Assembly (NCBI GenBank): GCA_030632175.1
Contig: DAOVVG010000002.1
Coordinates: forward strand, 1 to 33,233
Origin: Gammaproteobacteria bacterium
Lineage (GTDB): Bacteria > Pseudomonadota > Gammaproteobacteria > UBA9214
Reading direction: 5' to 3'
Length of the DNA: 33,233 nt
Shown here: positions 10,741 to 19,633 of the stretch, in pieces
Position numbering within the stretch: position 1 is the stretch's first letter
How the letters are laid out: every line of letters begins with the position of its first letter
Program-made: the position numbers and the translations under genes
The notes under the pieces: model-generated
What the model saw: the letters and a program-made list of their open reading frames with translations, nothing else
Told to the model about the DNA's origin: nothing
The model's database searches: none

Positions 10741-11742
10741 ATGTTAAAACTTGTTAAAAATCAATCAGATGCATTGTTTATCGACTCGGTTCAGCAGTTG
10801 CTCCTGGAGGATATGGAAGCGGTCAATACGCTGATACACAGCTCCCTGCACAGCGATGTCGCCCTCATTAACCAGCTTTCGAACTATATTATTAACAGTG
10901 GCGGCAAGCGTCTGCGGCCAATGCTCGTGCTACTGGCAGCCAATGCCTGTGCCTGCAAGGGTAGCCAGCATATCAACCTGGCGGCCGTGATTGAATTTAT
11001 CCACACTGCCACACTGCTCCATGATGACGTGGTGGATGCCTCCCAGCTGCGGCGCGGCAATATGACCGCCAACGCCCTGTGGGGCAATGAAGCCAGTATC
11101 CTGGTCGGTGATTTCCTGTATTCGCGTGCCTTTGAAATGATGGTTGCAGCCAACGACATGCGCATCATGGAGATCATGTCGCATACAACGAATACCATCG
11201 CCGAGGGCGAAGTGCTGCAACTGCTTAACTGCCACGATGCCGAAACCACCGAAAGCCGTTACCTGGACGTCATCAGCCGCAAGACTGCCCGCCTGTTTGA
11301 AGCCGCAGCCCAGATCGGTGCAGTACTCAGCGGGCAGCCCGAGCCCGTAGAAAATGCACTGGCCAGTTACGGCCTGCATCTGGGCATTGCCTTCCAGTTG
11401 ATTGATGACGTACTTGACTACAGCGCATCCCCGGAAGATACCGGCAAAAATGTGGGTGACGACCTTGCCGAAGGCAAGCCAACCCTGCCCCTTATCCATG
11501 CTATTCACACGGGTACGCCAGGTCAGGCCAAACTGATTCGCAAGGCCATCGAAAACGGCGGGCATGACAATATGCAGGATGTCTGTGCAGTCATTGAATC
11601 AACCGGGGGCATCCCGTACACTGCGAAAGCCGCACAACGTGAAGCGGATCTCGCCATTGAAGCGCTGAACCCCCTGCCGGAATCAGCCTACAAGGAAGCG
11701 TTGTACGGCCTCGCCGAGTTTTCTGTTAACCGTAGCTGTTAA
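10741..11742 (+). CDS. ispB: Octaprenyl-diphosphate synthase
   Basis: Aligns end to end with E. coli IspB. Both Asp-rich motifs are present (LLHDDVVD and FQLIDDVLD). Divergent from rplU as in E. coli. Confidence 0.95.
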   Translation: MLKLVKNQSDALFIDSVQQLLLEDMEAVNTLIHSSLHSDVALINQLSNYIINSGGKRLRPMLVLLAANACACKGSQHINLAAVIEFIHTATLLHDDVVDASQLRRGNMTANALWGNEASILVGDFLYSRAFEMMVAANDMRIMEIMSHTTNTIAEGEVLQLLNCHDAETTESRYLDVISRKTARLFEAAAQIGAVLSGQPEPVENALASYGLHLGIAFQLIDDVLDYSASPEDTGKNVGDDLAEGKPTLPLIHAIHTGTPGQAKLIRKAIENGGHDNMQDVCAVIESTGGIPYTAKAAQREADLAIEALNPLPESAYKEALYGLAEFSVNRSC

Positions 11743-11743
11743 A

Positions 11744-11820
<77 letters not shown>

Positions 11821-11927
11821 TTTAACAACAGGCTACAAACCAGACAAGGTTCTTGTGACCGCGTCCAGATATTTTTCCATACCTCAATATATGGCGAGAA
11901 TATGAACCAACAGAACGCTGGACGCAG

Positions 11928-13694
11928 ATGAACGCCCCCCCTCCTGGTAAAGAACGTCGGAATCCCCGGCGCTTCGACCGCCGGAAATCGACCAGCGTTT
12001 CCGCCCACCTGGAATTGCTGTCGAAAATGAGCGGCCATCTGGCCGTCACACTCAATATCGAAGAAACCATCCAGAAGGCGCTTGACCTGATTGTGCAGTT
12101 CGTCAAGGCAGAAGGTGGCGCACTGTTTTTACTGGACAGCAAGGACGGATCACTGGTGTGCAAGGCCAGCGTCGGACCGGTAGACATTAGCGGCGTCACA
12201 CTGAAGACGGGGGAAGGTATTGTCGGTCAGTGTGTGTCGGAAAACCGCAGCCGCATTGTCAGGGATGTGCAGCAGGACCCGGACTTCGACCACTCGGTGG
12301 ATGATGCAACCGGTTTCCGGACCCGCTCGATCCTGTGCGCACCGATGAGCGGACACACGGAGAGAATCGGTGCCATTGAACTGGTCAACAAGCTCGATGC
12401 TAGCCGCCTGTTCTCCGATACCGATCTGCTGATGCTGCAAACACTGGCCTCGGCAGCAGCACTGGCCATCAGTAACGCGCACATGACCGAAGACCTGGTT
12501 AAGCAGGAACGCGTAAACCGGGAACTGGAGCTGGCGACCGAGATGCAGCGCAGCCTGTTGCCTGCCACCCGGCCGGCCCCCTTCCCCGTTTGCGGCATCA
12601 ACCTGCCTGCCTATGAAATGTCAGGTGACTTTTACGACTTTTTTGAGCTCGGCGACGGACGCATTTATTTCAGTCTCGGGGATGTTTCCGGCAAGGGCAT
12701 GGACGCGGCATTGCTGATGTCCAAGACCGCCAGCCTGTTTCGCTGTCTGGGCAAGACGCTGCACGAACCCCATGTGCTGCTGGCCACCATCAACAGGGAG
12801 CTGTGCGAAACAGCTATTCATGGCATGTTTGTTACCATGGCCTGCGGCTTGCTTGATCTGGCAACCGGCGAGGTGCAACTGGCCAATGCCGGTCACGAAC
12901 CGCCCTTGTTGCATGCCCGGGACGGCTCCTTTACGCCGATCCCTGCGAGCGCACCGCCGCTGGGTATCCTGCCGCTGGCGGCAGCAGATGACGGCATCCG
13001 CAAAGAAACCCTCAACCTCGACGGCGGCACGCTGTATATCTTCACAGATGGCGTCACCGAAGGTGATCTGGAGAATGGCGGCCAACTGGGCGTGGACGGC
13101 TTCATAAATATCATCCGGGAATCCACCGATCTTCCGGTTGCTGACCGCATTGCGGCCGTTGTCTCGTTGCTGGGTGAAACCGGGCGCAAACGTCACGACG
13201 ACATCACCCTGATAGCTATTGACGCCTCAACTCCTTGTTTAAGAGGCGATATAGAGCATAATGAGGCCCCTATGATGGTCCGGTATACATTCCCGGCGCA
13301 CCCCAGCGAGCTGCAGGCAGCACGTAAAGTCGTCAGCAAGGCCTGCACTGACTGCGGTTGTACGGAATCCATGGCTACAGACATCGTTATTGCTGTTGGC
13401 GAAGCCATCCAGAACGTGGTCCGACATGCCTACAAGGACATCGAGGATGGTGAGGCAACATTGGAAATAGTCTGTAAAGACGGCATAATCGAGTTTAACT
13501 TGCAGGACTCGGCCCCCACGGCAGACCCGGAGAAACTAAAACCGGAATGGCCGGAAGAACCTGGACCAGGCGGTTTGGGCATCTGCCTTATCCACGACAT
13601 CATGGATAAGGTCGAGCACCTGCCATCACCTTCTGGTCAGGGAAACCTTTTACGCATGGTTAAATTCATCGAGAGTAATAGAAATGAAACATGA
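11928..13694 (+). CDS. Multidomain partner-switching regulator: GAF sensor, PP2C/SpoIIE-type Ser phosphatase and RsbW/SpoIIAB-like Ser kinase (HATPase_c)
   Basis: GAF-like region at about aa 40-185. PP2C motifs GDFYDF, GDVSGKG, FTDGVTE and DDITLIAID. The C-terminal kinase has the N-box EAIQNVVRHAY and the G-box PGPGGLGICLI. The N-terminal start is uncertain (11928 or 12027). Confidence 0.85.
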   Translation: MNAPPPGKERRNPRRFDRRKSTSVSAHLELLSKMSGHLAVTLNIEETIQKALDLIVQFVKAEGGALFLLDSKDGSLVCKASVGPVDISGVTLKTGEGIVGQCVSENRSRIVRDVQQDPDFDHSVDDATGFRTRSILCAPMSGHTERIGAIELVNKLDASRLFSDTDLLMLQTLASAAALAISNAHMTEDLVKQERVNRELELATEMQRSLLPATRPAPFPVCGINLPAYEMSGDFYDFFELGDGRIYFSLGDVSGKGMDAALLMSKTASLFRCLGKTLHEPHVLLATINRELCETAIHGMFVTMACGLLDLATGEVQLANAGHEPPLLHARDGSFTPIPASAPPLGILPLAAADDGIRKETLNLDGGTLYIFTDGVTEGDLENGGQLGVDGFINIIRESTDLPVADRIAAVVSLLGETGRKRHDDITLIAIDASTPCLRGDIEHNEAPMMVRYTFPAHPSELQAARKVVSKACTDCGCTESMATDIVIAVGEAIQNVVRHAYKDIEDGEATLEIVCKDGIIEFNLQDSAPTADPEKLKPEWPEEPGPGGLGICLIHDIMDKVEHLPSPSGQGNLLRMVKFIESNRNET

Positions 13695-14010
13695 GATTTC
13701 GGAAAAGCAAGGTACCTCCGTGGTTGCCTTTACCGGCGAGATTGACCTGGAAAGTTCACCCGCCGCAAGGGAAATCCTGCTGAAATGTTTTGAGTCAACC
13801 AGCAAGGTCATCGTTGACCTGTCGGAAGTCAGTTATATCGACAGCTCCGGCGTCGCATCACTTGTCGAGGCACTGCAGGCTGCCAAGAAAAACGGCAGCC
13901 AGTTTTCCCTGGCAGCAGCCAGCGAACCCACCCGGCGCGTCCTGGAACTCGCGCGGCTCGACAAGGTATTCACCATGTACGACTCGGTGGATGAAGGACT
14001 GACTGCATAG
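13684..14010 (+). CDS. STAS-domain protein (anti-sigma-factor antagonist / MlaB-like), 108 aa
   Basis: SpoIIAA/RsbV-like sequence with a conserved DSSG (Ser54, codon 13843-13845). It overlaps the upstream kinase/phosphatase gene by 11 nt and lies 82 nt upstream of mlaE. Confidence 0.85.
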   Translation: MKHEISEKQGTSVVAFTGEIDLESSPAAREILLKCFESTSKVIVDLSEVSYIDSSGVASLVEALQAAKKNGSQFSLAAASEPTRRVLELARLDKVFTMYDSVDEGLTA

Positions 14011-14092
14011 TATGCGTTAATTCAGATGACAGAAAAAAACAGCAACTGCGCGAAACCACACTCTCCACAACACACCACACAGCGCCGAAATC

Positions 14093-14884
14093 ATGCTTAA
14101 GCTGGTCGCCAGGCTCGGAGAGAATTTTTTATACCTGCTGGAGACAACCGGCAGAATGGGCCTGTTCTTCGGTGCATCCTTTGCCAGTATATTCAGACCG
14201 CCCTACTCGATTTATGCGATTGTCAGGCAGATCTATTTCTTCGGAGCCCGTTCGGTTACGGTCATTCTTATTGTCGGTCTGTTTACCGGTATGGTGCTTG
14301 GCCTGCAGGGCTACCACAACCTGAAGCAGTTCGGTTCCGAGGAATTACTCGGCTCTGCCGTAGCGCTCAGCCTGATTCAGGAACTGGGACCGGTACTCAC
14401 CGCCCTGATGGTCATTGGCCGTGCAGGTTCCGCCATTTGCGCAGAGATTGGCATCATGCGCCACTCCGAGCAGATCGATGCCCTTGAATGCATGGCGATC
14501 GACCCCCTGAAGTTCCTGGTTGCGCCAAAGTTTGTTGCTGCCCTGATTTCCCTGCCGGTACTGGCCTTCATGTTCAATATCGTCGGCATCTTTGGTGGCT
14601 ATCTTGCGGGTGTCGTTTTACTGGGTGTATCTGAAGGCTCCTATTTTCAGGGCATGTATAACAGCGTGGAATGGGCCGATATCCGTCTTTGCCTGATCAA
14701 GTCCCTGATTTTTGGAGTGCTCATTGTCTGGATAACCACCTTCAAGGGATATTATCTTCATCTCAGCCGAACCGGCGTATTCGGTGCTGAAGGAGTCAGT
14801 CGCGTAACAACCGATGCCGTGGTTTTTGCCTCTGTCACCATCCTTGTCTGGGACTACCTGATAGGCTCCCTGATACTTTCATAA
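14093..14884 (+). CDS. mlaE: Phospholipid ABC transporter permease MlaE
   Basis: Collinear with E. coli MlaE (GMVLGLQGY, ELGPVLTALMVIGRAGSA..AEIG.MR..EQIDALE.MA.DP). Confidence 0.92.
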   Translation: MLKLVARLGENFLYLLETTGRMGLFFGASFASIFRPPYSIYAIVRQIYFFGARSVTVILIVGLFTGMVLGLQGYHNLKQFGSEELLGSAVALSLIQELGPVLTALMVIGRAGSAICAEIGIMRHSEQIDALECMAIDPLKFLVAPKFVAALISLPVLAFMFNIVGIFGGYLAGVVLLGVSEGSYFQGMYNSVEWADIRLCLIKSLIFGVLIVWITTFKGYYLHLSRTGVFGAEGVSRVTTDAVVFASVTILVWDYLIGSLILS

Positions 14885-14939
14885 GCATACTTTCATAATC
14901 ACACTTTACGGCACATTAAAGCAGCAACCGGAGTAAGGC

Positions 14940-15386
14940 ATGAAAAAAACAACCCTTGAAATCACCGTCGGAGCATTCCTGCTGGCGGGTTTTATCAGCT
15001 TCTCCTGGCTGGCCGTAAAAATGGGTGACATCAATCCATTCGCAAGCGAGACCTACCCGGTTACTGCCCGATTCACATCAATCAGCGGCCTCAAGGAAGG
15101 GACAACGATCGAACTGGCGGGCGTTGTTGTCGGCAAGGTAGGCCAGATTGAACTGGACGCCGAAGAGTACGAAGCCGTGGTACACCTGAATATCGACAAA
15201 ACAGTGGAACTGACAGATGACAGCATTGCATCTATCCGCACCTCGGGGATCATCGGTGACAAGTTCATCAAACTCACACAGGGCGGATCGGAGATTTTTC
15301 TTGAAGCAGGAGATGAGATCGACGAAACAGAATCATCGATCAGCATGGAAGAACTGGTCAGCAAATACATCTTTGACAGTGAATAG
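14940..15386 (+). CDS. mlaD: MCE-domain periplasmic substrate-binding subunit MlaD
   Basis: 148 aa with an N-terminal TM anchor and a single MCE domain (F.SISGLKEGT.IELAGV.VGKV). GGAG SD. Confidence 0.9.
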   Translation: MKKTTLEITVGAFLLAGFISFSWLAVKMGDINPFASETYPVTARFTSISGLKEGTTIELAGVVVGKVGQIELDAEEYEAVVHLNIDKTVELTDDSIASIRTSGIIGDKFIKLTQGGSEIFLEAGDEIDETESSISMEELVSKYIFDSE

Positions 15387-15407
15387 CATAACGCCGCGGA
15401 ATACATA

Positions 15408-16241
15408 ATGAAAAAATCACTCATGCTGGCTATGGCACTGGCACTCCCTGCTTTCGGAGTCCACGCGCAGGCTACCCCCACGCCTGCAGACACCACTGTA
15501 TATGAGGATGCCAGTGCTGCGCTTATCCTGGCAGCAGCAGACGAAACTGACAGCAGCGACGAGAAAACATTTGCAGCACCAGACGACTTCGAGGATGAAG
15601 ATCTGCTCTGGCTGGATGACGAGGATGACGTAATACTCGATGTCTACGACCCACTCGAGACAATCAACAGAGGTACCTTCTGGTTCAACGACAAACTCTA
15701 TTTCTACCTGTTAAAGCCGGTTGCCAAAGGCTACCGCTGGATTATGCCGGAACCCCTGATGCTCGGCATTGGTAACTTCTTTTCAAACCTGGCAAGTCCT
15801 GTCAGGATAATTAACGCAGGCCTGCAAGGGAAATTTACGGATGCCGGAAACGAGTTAACCCGGTTTGCCGTCAACACAACGATCGGGATTGGCGGTCTTT
15901 TTGATACCGCAAAAGACCACTTTAATCTCAAAAAGAAAGAAGAGGACACCGGTCAGACACTTGGATACTACGGCATTGGTCCCGGACCCTACCTGGTGTT
16001 ACCGTTCTTCGGACCCTCCAATTTCAGGGACGGGATTGGCCTGCTGGCCGACTCTCGCATGGACCTGACCTATTATCTGTGGGAAGACCGGGATTACTGG
16101 GCCGCAATTGTCCTGAAAGCAGTCAACACGGTTGCGCTGGACAAGGACACCTATGAGGGCATCAAGAGAGATGCTCTGGATCCTTACCTGTTCGTCCGGG
16201 ATGCCTATGTCCAGTATCGCCAGAACAAGCTGGATAACTAA
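15408..16241 (+). CDS. mlaA: MlaA/VacJ-family protein. It has a signal peptide but no lipobox cysteine, and an acidic N-terminal extension.
   Basis: VacJ core DPLE.INR..F.FND..Y....KP.A..Y....P.....I.NFF.NL.. and GPYLVLPFFGPSN.RD. The N-terminus MKKSLMLAMALALPAFGVHA|QA contains no Cys. An Asp/Glu-rich segment spans about aa 40-75. Confidence 0.85.
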   Translation: MKKSLMLAMALALPAFGVHAQATPTPADTTVYEDASAALILAAADETDSSDEKTFAAPDDFEDEDLLWLDDEDDVILDVYDPLETINRGTFWFNDKLYFYLLKPVAKGYRWIMPEPLMLGIGNFFSNLASPVRIINAGLQGKFTDAGNELTRFAVNTTIGIGGLFDTAKDHFNLKKKEEDTGQTLGYYGIGPGPYLVLPFFGPSNFRDGIGLLADSRMDLTYYLWEDRDYWAAIVLKAVNTVALDKDTYEGIKRDALDPYLFVRDAYVQYRQNKLDN

Positions 16242-16316
16242 CCCGCACTTCTCACCGCGGGGCGAGAAGTACCGGCCAGGCACCTGCTGAACATTATTAA
16301 TTACGAGGTATATCTT

Positions 16317-16916
16317 ATGCTAAAACAACTATTCTTGATGCTGGCCGCCGGTATTGCATTGACTGCGGCAACCATTGCATCGGCAGACAGCACACCGACA
16401 GATGCGATTCGCGGTTCCGTCGAAAGCATTCTCACCCTTCTACAGGACAAGGAACTGGACCAGACCACCCGTCGTGGGAAAATACGGAAAGTCATTAATG
16501 CGCGCTTCGATTTTCGCGCCATGTCACAACGCACGCTGGCCACCAACTGGAAAAAGGCCTCCGATGAACAGCAGAAGGAATTTGTTCAGCTGTTTTCCAA
16601 GCTGATCGAGAACACCTACATCGGCCGCGTGGAAGCCTACACCGACGAGAAAGTGGATTACCCGGGAGAAAAGATCAAGGGAAAGAAGGCCGTCGTCGAG
16701 ACACTTATTCTCACTGCCAGCGCCGACATACCGGTCAACTACAAGGTTTACCTGAAGAAAGACAAATGGTGGGTCTATGACGTGATTATCGAGGGCATCA
16801 GCCTGATCAGCAACTATCGCAGTTCCTACCAGGAAATAGTAAAGAAAGATGGCTTTGACGGCCTGATTGTCAAAATGAAGGCCAAGATCAAGGAACTTGA
16901 AACCCAGCCTGCCTGA
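16317..16916 (+). CDS. mlaC: Periplasmic phospholipid-binding protein MlaC (Ttg2D/toluene-tolerance family)
   Basis: 199 aa with a signal peptide and family-typical segments (FDF..MSQR.L...W......EQQ.EF...F..L...Y). Positioned in the mla cluster. Confidence 0.85.
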   Translation: MLKQLFLMLAAGIALTAATIASADSTPTDAIRGSVESILTLLQDKELDQTTRRGKIRKVINARFDFRAMSQRTLATNWKKASDEQQKEFVQLFSKLIENTYIGRVEAYTDEKVDYPGEKIKGKKAVVETLILTASADIPVNYKVYLKKDKWWVYDVIIEGISLISNYRSSYQEIVKKDGFDGLIVKMKAKIKELETQPA

Positions 16917-16981
16917 TCACTGCCATTGCAGATAGACCGGCGGCAACCCCGGGCAGCAGTAAAAAAGCCGGGGCAGGTTTC

Positions 16982-17800
16982 CTATATGCGTGACTGTAGA
17001 CGGTCGGCCGTCAGTCGCGCCAGGTATTCTTCCGCGTTGACCGCTTCATCCCTGGGCCGACGGTTCAACATATCCTGAATCGCTTCATTATCACTGTTTT
17101 TAACTTCATCCACCGTTCCGGTCATTAGCACACTGCCCTGCCCAAGCACGGTAATTCTGTCGGCAATCTTGAAGGCACTGTCAAGTTCATGTGTCACCAC
17201 AACGATAGTGACATTCATCGCCTCTTTCAGGCGCAGGATTAACTCGTCAAGCTCCGCCGACACAACCGGGTCCAGCCCGGCAGAAGGTTCATCAAAAAAC
17301 AACAAGGCCGGGTCCATCACAATAGAACGCGCCAGGGCCGCGCGCTTCAGCATGCCGCCGGACAGCTCGGACGGCATCAGGTCCTCGAAACCGGCAAGAT
17401 TAACAACCTCGAGTTTCATCCGGGACATGATATGAATAGTACTGTCATCCAGCCTGGTGTGTTGCCTGAGAGGCAACTCAATATTATCTGCTACTGACAT
17501 CGAACCCAGCAGTGCACCACCCTGGAAAGCGACTCCCATCTTCCTCCGGATCGCATACAGCTCGCGCTTGCTGACCCTGGTTATGTCTTTCCCAAGAATA
17601 TGGATACTGCCAGAGGTTGGTTTGTTAAGACCCAGTAAATTCCGCATCAGCGTGGTTTTACCCGAGCCACTGCCACCCATGATGACCCTGATCTCGCCAG
17701 CCCTGATACCGAGGTTGATGCCATTGAGAATTACGCGCTCACCATAATGCGTAACCAGGTTTTCTACCTCGATAATATTTTCAGCATTTGCTGTGCTCAT
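16982..17800 (-). CDS. mlaF: ABC transporter ATP-binding protein MlaF
   Basis: Walker A GGSGSGKTT, signature LSGGM, Walker B LLFFDEP. The MlaF-specific block LMPSELSGGM.KRAALARSI closely matches E. coli MlaF. Convergent with mlaC. Confidence 0.9.
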   Translation of the reverse strand: MSTANAENIIEVENLVTHYGERVILNGINLGIRAGEIRVIMGGSGSGKTTLMRNLLGLNKPTSGSIHILGKDITRVSKRELYAIRRKMGVAFQGGALLGSMSVADNIELPLRQHTRLDDSTIHIMSRMKLEVVNLAGFEDLMPSELSGGMLKRAALARSIVMDPALLFFDEPSAGLDPVVSAELDELILRLKEAMNVTIVVVTHELDSAFKIADRITVLGQGSVLMTGTVDEVKNSDNEAIQDMLNRRPRDEAVNAEEYLARLTADRLQSRI

Positions 17801-17894
17801 AGCATTTGTCTCTGGTTAATAACGACCGGCAGCGAGATCTTTTTGTACCTGAAGATCGGTTAATACACAAGAAAATGGCGTGAGTGCCACGGGA

Positions 17895-18728
17895 TCATGC
17901 CGTCTCCGTCACATTGACGGATTTATGACCAGCCGCTTCCAGTGCCTTGGCCTCGTCCCAGTACAAATCCAGCGTATCAAGATCTGTTTCTGTCACGGTC
18001 TTGCCTGCCGCCTCACTGAGCTGCTCTACCATCCGGAAACGTCGGGAGAATTTCCGGTTGGCCTGGCGTAACGCTGCCTCGGGATCGGTCCCTGTATGCC
18101 TCACCAGATTAACGGCCGCAAACAGCAGATCGCCGGCTTCATCCATCAACGCCTCGGCGCCCGCATTACTGTGTATTTCTTCCCGCAGCTCATCCAGTTC
18201 CTCTTCGACCTTGTCAGACACGCCGTGAATACTCGGCCAGTCAAAACCAACGCGGGATGCTTTTTTTTGCAGCTTGTCGGCACGCGTGAGTGCCGGTAAC
18301 GCCAGTGGAACTCCCTCGAGGGCACTGCTGCGCTCGCCTTTCTCCCTGTCCTTGTGTATCTCCCATGCAGTTGTCTGTGCTTCAGCAGTCTCGATAATCT
18401 CTTCACCAAACACATGTGGATGCCGCCGTATCATCTTTTCGCAGATCCCGGCTACCACCGCACCAAAATCAAACCAGCCTGCCTCATGTGCCATTTGCGC
18501 GTGATAAACGACCTGAAACAACAGATCGCCAAGTTCCTCTTTAAGCGCGTCCTTATCGCCCTGTTCGATAGCATCAACGACTTCATAAGCCTCTTCCAGG
18601 GTATAGGGTGCGATGGTATGGAAATTCTGCTGCAGATCCCACGGGCAGCCCGCCCCGGGAGTACGCAACTGCGCCATAATTTCCAGCAGGTTTTCAATCG
18701 TTGCCGGTGCAGGATCATCAACTGTCAT
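17895..18728 (-). CDS. mazG: Nucleoside triphosphate pyrophosphohydrolase MazG
   Basis: Tandem MazG domains (CPWD..Q....I.PYTLEEAYEV.DAI, EELGDLLFQVV, and a second E..DE..EE.GDLLFA.VNL). The start is placed at the ATG at 18728, with AGGAG 9 nt upstream. The ORF track starts at 18737. Confidence 0.93.
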   Translation of the reverse strand: MTVDDPAPATIENLLEIMAQLRTPGAGCPWDLQQNFHTIAPYTLEEAYEVVDAIEQGDKDALKEELGDLLFQVVYHAQMAHEAGWFDFGAVVAGICEKMIRRHPHVFGEEIIETAEAQTTAWEIHKDREKGERSSALEGVPLALPALTRADKLQKKASRVGFDWPSIHGVSDKVEEELDELREEIHSNAGAEALMDEAGDLLFAAVNLVRHTGTDPEAALRQANRKFSRRFRMVEQLSEAAGKTVTETDLDTLDLYWDEAKALEAAGHKSVNVTETA

Positions 18729-18828
18729 AAGAAACATCTCCTGTAAACAGGCAGGGTATTCATTAATAGCAGAGATTTTTGCGACAAACGTCCCTGTTCG
18801 CCTGCAGATAGTTCAGAAAATGAAGTGC

Positions 18829-19284
18829 CTAGTGGACACTGGCACCCATGGCCGAGATCACCACATCCTCACACTGGATACGTTCCGCGATGCATTCAGC
18901 CAGGTTAGACAAATCAACCGCGAGGAATTCTACGCTGTTATCCAGCGACATAGCCTCATATTTGTCGTTAAAACGCAATATCTGGTCGGTAGTTTCGACG
19001 ATCTTCGGATAAAGCTCATCGGCAATACTCAACACTGAAGCCCGCCGCTCGCGATTGTCGGCAAGGTAGCGATACAACTGAAAATGAGCACTGGCGGTAT
19101 AGTCGATCAGCGTTTCGCAGAACGACCGCAAGGCCTTTTCAATGGAAGGTTCAGGGGTAAACGGCTGTCGGCCGGCAAGTTCGGTCAATAGTGACAAGGT
19201 AGCGGTTCGAGATGTCACAAGCGCATCGAGTTTTTCACGTGATTTTTGGCGGCGATCCACACCACCCGGAATATCTGATCCCAT
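18829..19284 (-). CDS. rsd: Rsd/AlgQ-family regulator of sigma D (anti-sigma70)
   Basis: Collinear with E. coli Rsd (L..FC..L.DY.SA.HF..Y......). The start is placed at the ATG at 19284, with AGGAG 6 nt upstream. The ORF track starts at 19311. Confidence 0.8.
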   Translation of the reverse strand: MGSDIPGGVDRRQKSREKLDALVTSRTATLSLLTELAGRQPFTPEPSIEKALRSFCETLIDYTASAHFQLYRYLADNRERRASVLSIADELYPKIVETTDQILRFNDKYEAMSLDNSVEFLAVDLSNLAECIAERIQCEDVVISAMGASVH

Positions 19285-19599
19285 CTTATGCTCCTGGCTG
19301 ATAAGTTTCACAATTGCTGCGGGTCTGAAGCCGAAAAATACCGGTATGACCAGTCATCCCCGGCCCATTGTAGCAAACACCCATCCAATGTCTTCTCCCG
19401 TTGCTGCCTGCCATGGAGCAAGCCAATGTTATTTCATCACTTTTAACCCCGGCACAGCCACACCTCAAAAAAACCCATGGCTGGCACCCCACACGGACAG
19501 GTACAACGCATCCAGCATACCCACATCAGGATAGATCCTTCATAACTATTTGTATTATTTATATAATTGTCATCTATAGTCAAGATTCCACACCGCATA

Positions 19600-19633
19600 A
19601 TTCTTGACTAAAAGACTCAACTATTACTATAGT
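19600..19633 (+). promoter_or_regulatory. Putative iscR promoter (TTGACT - 18 nt - TATAGT) overlapped by an IscR type-1-like operator
   Basis: ATTCTTGACTAAAAGACTCAACTAT (19600-19624) matches 22/25 positions of the type-1 consensus as I recall it (ATASYYGACTRWWWYAGTCRRSTAT). The -35 is at 19604-19609 and the -10 at 19628-19633. Confidence 0.5.

Noticed and set aside
11821-13700. Possible genomic island integrated at tRNA-Pro
   Set aside because: There is no integrase, and by eye I saw no direct repeat of the tRNA 3' end anywhere in the window. There is no obvious compositional shift. The downstream genes (partner-switching module and mla) look chromosomal.
16917-16981. Hairpin ccccgg...ccgggg between mlaC and mlaF, considered as a bidirectional terminator
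   Set aside because: It has only a 6-bp stem with a 15-nt loop, and no T-tract follows it on either strand. That is too weak to call.
19286-19607. 68-aa ORFs on both strands in the rsd-iscR intergenic gap
   Set aside because: They have no SD, odd composition (Cys/Gly/His/Thr-rich, with an Ile run over the AT-rich promoter region) and no recognisable motifs. I treat the gap as noncoding regulatory DNA.
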